A DNA stretch of 64,000 nt from a bacterium. GTDB lineage: Bacteria; Electryoneota; Electryoneia; Electryoneales; Electryoneaceae. Below the pieces are notes generated by a model. That model made no database searches. It saw nothing but the letters and a program-made list of their open reading frames with translations, and was not told the DNA's origin. The number at the start of each line of letters is the position of its first letter. Position 1 is the stretch's first letter. Location: NCBI GenBank assembly GCA_963675295.2, contig CAXXKJ010000002.1, positions 640,001 to 704,000 on the forward strand, written 5' to 3'. Below, in pieces: positions 61,274-64,000 of the stretch. Made by a program: the position numbers and the translations under genes.

Positions 61274-61483
61274 GGTGCGGGAGTATACGAAACGGGGATG
61301 TGAGATACGAGATGTGAGATGTGAGTGTGAGGTGGAATGTGTTGTGAGGTGGATAAGGTGAGGTAGGTGCCCGTGTTTGCTTGCAAACGCGTACGAACCG
61401 AATCTGAATACAGATGACGGTTGGAGAGTTACTGGGCGGATGATCCACGACATAAATGTCGTGGGCACGTCAGTTATTTACTT

Positions 61484-61595
61484 TCAGGACTCAGGACTCA
61501 GGACTCAGGACTCAGGACTCAGGACTCAGGACTCAGGACTCAGGACTCAGGACTCAGGACTCAGGACTCAGGACTCAGGACTCAGGACTCAGGAC
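61484..61595. repeat. Perfect tandem heptamer (TCAGGAC)16
   Basis: 112 bp = 16 exact copies. Confidence 0.97.
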
Positions 61596-61633
61596 AAAAA
61601 AAGGGGCAACCACCTGATGGCGGCTGCCCCTGT
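61596..61633 (-). terminator. Intrinsic terminator
   Basis: AGGGGCAACC...GGCTGCCCCT hairpin with a T-run on the minus strand. Confidence 0.7.
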
Positions 61634-61671
61634 TGTTGCTCACAACTCATCACTCACAACTCACAACTGTT

Positions 61672-62415
61672 TTACTTCACCAGCGTCACCCGTTGCGCGA
61701 GCTGTTGCTGTCCGGCCTGCAGACGGAGCAGGTAGGTTCCGCTCGGCAAATCCCGGGCGTTCAGGCTGAGCTGGTGTGTCCCGGCGCTGTGGAAGCCGTC
61801 GCTGAGGATCTGGACTTCACGGCCCATCACGTCGAACAGCGCGATGGTGGCGTCGCCCGGCGCGGGGAGGGTGAAGTTGACCGTCGCCTGCGCGTTGAAC
61901 GGGTTCGGGTACACCGGCGCGAGGCTGTACTCGAGCGGACGGGTGGTCTCGCCTTCGTCCACATTCGAGCCTTCGCCGATGATCAGGATGAACTGGGTTT
62001 CGACGTAGTCGTTCGGAAATTCTTCGTCATATGCACGGGTGTTGATGTACAGCGTCGTATCCGGCACTTCCGGGTAGTCGAGGAACAACCAGCCGACCTG
62101 GATGTGACAGTCAGGATCGGATTCCATAGCACCCAGGGTGTCCGGAATCTGCTGGAAGAACGGGGCATAACAGAAGCCATGGGTGCACCATGAACGTGAC
62201 CAATCCAGGTTGTTCGGCGTGTCGTCGAGGAACTCGAGCATGTAGACGCGTTCTTCATTCGTGGTGTTGGCGATTTCGATACCGAAGGCACACTCGAGGT
62301 CATCCGGATCGACCATCAGAAGAGTGTCGTGCGGATCCCAGCTGAACGTGCTTTGAGCGAAAGTTGGAACGACTGCCACGGCGAGCAGGGCCAGAGCCAA
62401 TAGCATGCGAGTCAT
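61672..62415 (-). CDS. Small secreted Ig-like protein with T9SS-type CTD
   Basis: Signal peptide, WSRSWCTHGFCYAP domain, YPNPFN...SGTYLLRL. Confidence 0.85.
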   Translation of the reverse strand: MTRMLLALALLAVAVVPTFAQSTFSWDPHDTLLMVDPDDLECAFGIEIANTTNEERVYMLEFLDDTPNNLDWSRSWCTHGFCYAPFFQQIPDTLGAMESDPDCHIQVGWLFLDYPEVPDTTLYINTRAYDEEFPNDYVETQFILIIGEGSNVDEGETTRPLEYSLAPVYPNPFNAQATVNFTLPAPGDATIALFDVMGREVQILSDGFHSAGTHQLSLNARDLPSGTYLLRLQAGQQQLAQRVTLVK

Positions 62416-62751
62416 CGTATACCCTCTTTTTTCGTGCGTGTTTCGCCTGCCGCGTGGCAGGAATGTACCTTCCCCCGTGTAAGTATACACAGGGGTGAGG
62501 AGGATTTCCAAGCCGGTGTCACGTCTCGGGTTACACAGGTTACGGACTCGGTATTTGGGGTTCTCCCGGAGCCGTTTTCGCTTTAGCCGGAGCACTGAAA
62601 GCGCTATACTAGGCCAGCTTCGTCCTTATGTTACAAGCAGAAACCGCGAGTGTTGAACTTGTGTGGGGTCCGGACGAGGTCTATATTTCTTGGACGTACC
62701 GGTCTGACATTCCAGACCGTTCCATTTCCAGCATCAGGAATGAGGGGCGCA

Positions 62752-63702
62752 ATGTCGCAGGGACGAGGACTGTATGGCATACTTGCCGTACTGATGAGTG
62801 GGTTGCTGTTGCTGCTGGCCGTTGGCTGCAACGAGAGTACTGACTTCGATCCGGAATCGTTGTTCAGTCTCGAAGATTACGCACAGGACCAGGACTACTC
62901 GCTGAATTTCATCAGAATGATGAATTCGTGGCGTTTGTCGACACAGGACGCGAAGCAGTTTCTCGACACCAACGTGGAGGGATTGACCTTCCTGGAGTCG
63001 GTGCCGGCGGGTTGGGAGCAGGTGAATCCGTCGCTTCGCAGCTATCCGTGGTCGGCGCTGTTCATCGTGGATCCCAATGATCCGACGAACTACCTGGAAG
63101 CGTCGGATGATGACCAGTGGCTCGATTCCACGTGGTATTACTCGTCGTTCCAGGATGCGACGTACCAGTTGGCTGCGATTGACCGTGGTGTGCCGGAGAC
63201 AACTTCCCTCGCACCCGCCAAGGTTGAATACATGCGGCTTTCTTTCCTGGCCAGCCCGTTTGGTGGCACGTTCGGCATCGGCGACTCGGTGAGCGTTGGC
63301 TACACCAATAATTTCCAGAATCCAAGCATGGTCGAGGGTACGGGCATGTTCTGGAATTCGGACGTGGTGCAGGCCTCGACGGCTCCGACAGACATCGCGT
63401 CGTACGCGGCGATGACGAACGCGTGGGGCGGTGCGATGACCAACATGGCGGCCGATCCCTCCAACCCGCAGGGTGAGTTCGAGATTCGCGGCCAAACGAT
63501 CCTGGTGCGTGCCGACCTGGTTGAGACGACGACGCTGGCGGTGAATATTGACGCATCAATCCGTTCAAACGGCAAAGGCGACGCGGTTATCACGGTTGCT
63601 GGCGAGAAGCGCGCCGAAGTGTTCTTCGAGTACTATGACACGTCGTTCCACGGCTACTACAAGCTGCGTTCGTCGGACTTCGAGGAAGCCATCCGCTTCT
63701 AA
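62752..63702 (+). CDS. Lipoprotein of unknown function
   Basis: Lipobox LAVGC after a hydrophobic stretch. Confidence 0.75.
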   Translation: MSQGRGLYGILAVLMSGLLLLLAVGCNESTDFDPESLFSLEDYAQDQDYSLNFIRMMNSWRLSTQDAKQFLDTNVEGLTFLESVPAGWEQVNPSLRSYPWSALFIVDPNDPTNYLEASDDDQWLDSTWYYSSFQDATYQLAAIDRGVPETTSLAPAKVEYMRLSFLASPFGGTFGIGDSVSVGYTNNFQNPSMVEGTGMFWNSDVVQASTAPTDIASYAAMTNAWGGAMTNMAADPSNPQGEFEIRGQTILVRADLVETTTLAVNIDASIRSNGKGDAVITVAGEKRAEVFFEYYDTSFHGYYKLRSSDFEEAIRF

Positions 63703-63730
63703 GCAAGTGAGTGTCCAGACAGACTTTTTC

Positions 63731-63760
63731 AAGGCCGGGCTGCTGCAGCCCGGCTTTTTT
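63731..63760 (+). terminator. Intrinsic terminator
   Basis: AAGGCCGGGCTGC-T-GCAGCCCGGC-TTTTTT. Confidence 0.85.
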
Positions 63761-63943
63761 CATGTCCATTGCCGCAGATTTTGGAGGCAACGAGAGTCGG
63801 ATTGGCATGAATCTCCGGAACGATATTGATTTAGTTTAAATAATGATTATATTGCTATCGAATTTTGGGGATCGGTTTGTCTGCGCGGAGGCTGCACAAA
63901 CCGGGAGCGCAGTCAGGACAACAACCGAGTGGGAGAAGCACGA

Positions 63944-64000
63944 ATGACGGACACTCAGGCACAGACCGGCGTCCTTGCTGAAGGTGCGGACGATACGCTG
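63944..64000 (+). CDS. 5' start of a gene truncated by the window edge
   Basis: SD GGGAG then ATG ACG GAC ACT... open to the end of the window. Confidence 0.5.
   Translation, partial: MTDTQAQTGVLAEGADDTL

Noticed and set aside
61377-61769. ORFs with QDSGLRT repeats
   Set aside because: Translation of the (TCAGGAC)16 tract; they cross a terminator and overlap a real gene.

Overview
GC-rich bacterial chromosomal window. Seven secreted proteins with T9SS type A / FlgD-like C-terminal sorting domains suggest the FCB superphylum (Calditrichota/Electryoneota-like; inference only). (1) 1-11690: right end of an integrative element bounded by a duplicated tRNA-Gln 3' end at 11625-11652. It carries a type I R-M operon (hsdM-hsdS-hsdR), a PHP-ATPase (TrlF/Ppl-like) gene missing from the ORF track, a DUF932 / Cas4-AddB-like nuclease / putative SSB / 33-aa peptide operon, and a Xis-like HTH gene. 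(2) 12-19 kb: secreted FG-GAP and multidomain surface proteins. (3) 19049-24029: best candidate novel system, a four-gene locus with a secretin, two paralogous Sec-exported pilin-like proteins and a tandem PapD/WxLIP-like chaperone, but no usher, ATPase or type IV prepilin. (4) TetR-MMPL-LolA-like-OM barrel operon. (5) Secreted proteins, a TonB-dependent receptor and two tandem chemoreceptors. (6) Core genes dnaX, ybaB, recR, acpS, a CCA-adding enzyme, a K+ channel and an ABC-F ATPase. Many intergenic regions carry heptamer tandem repeats and REP-like palindromes. No rRNA, intact tRNA or CRISPR array was seen. All family calls come from motif recognition by eye, not database searches.
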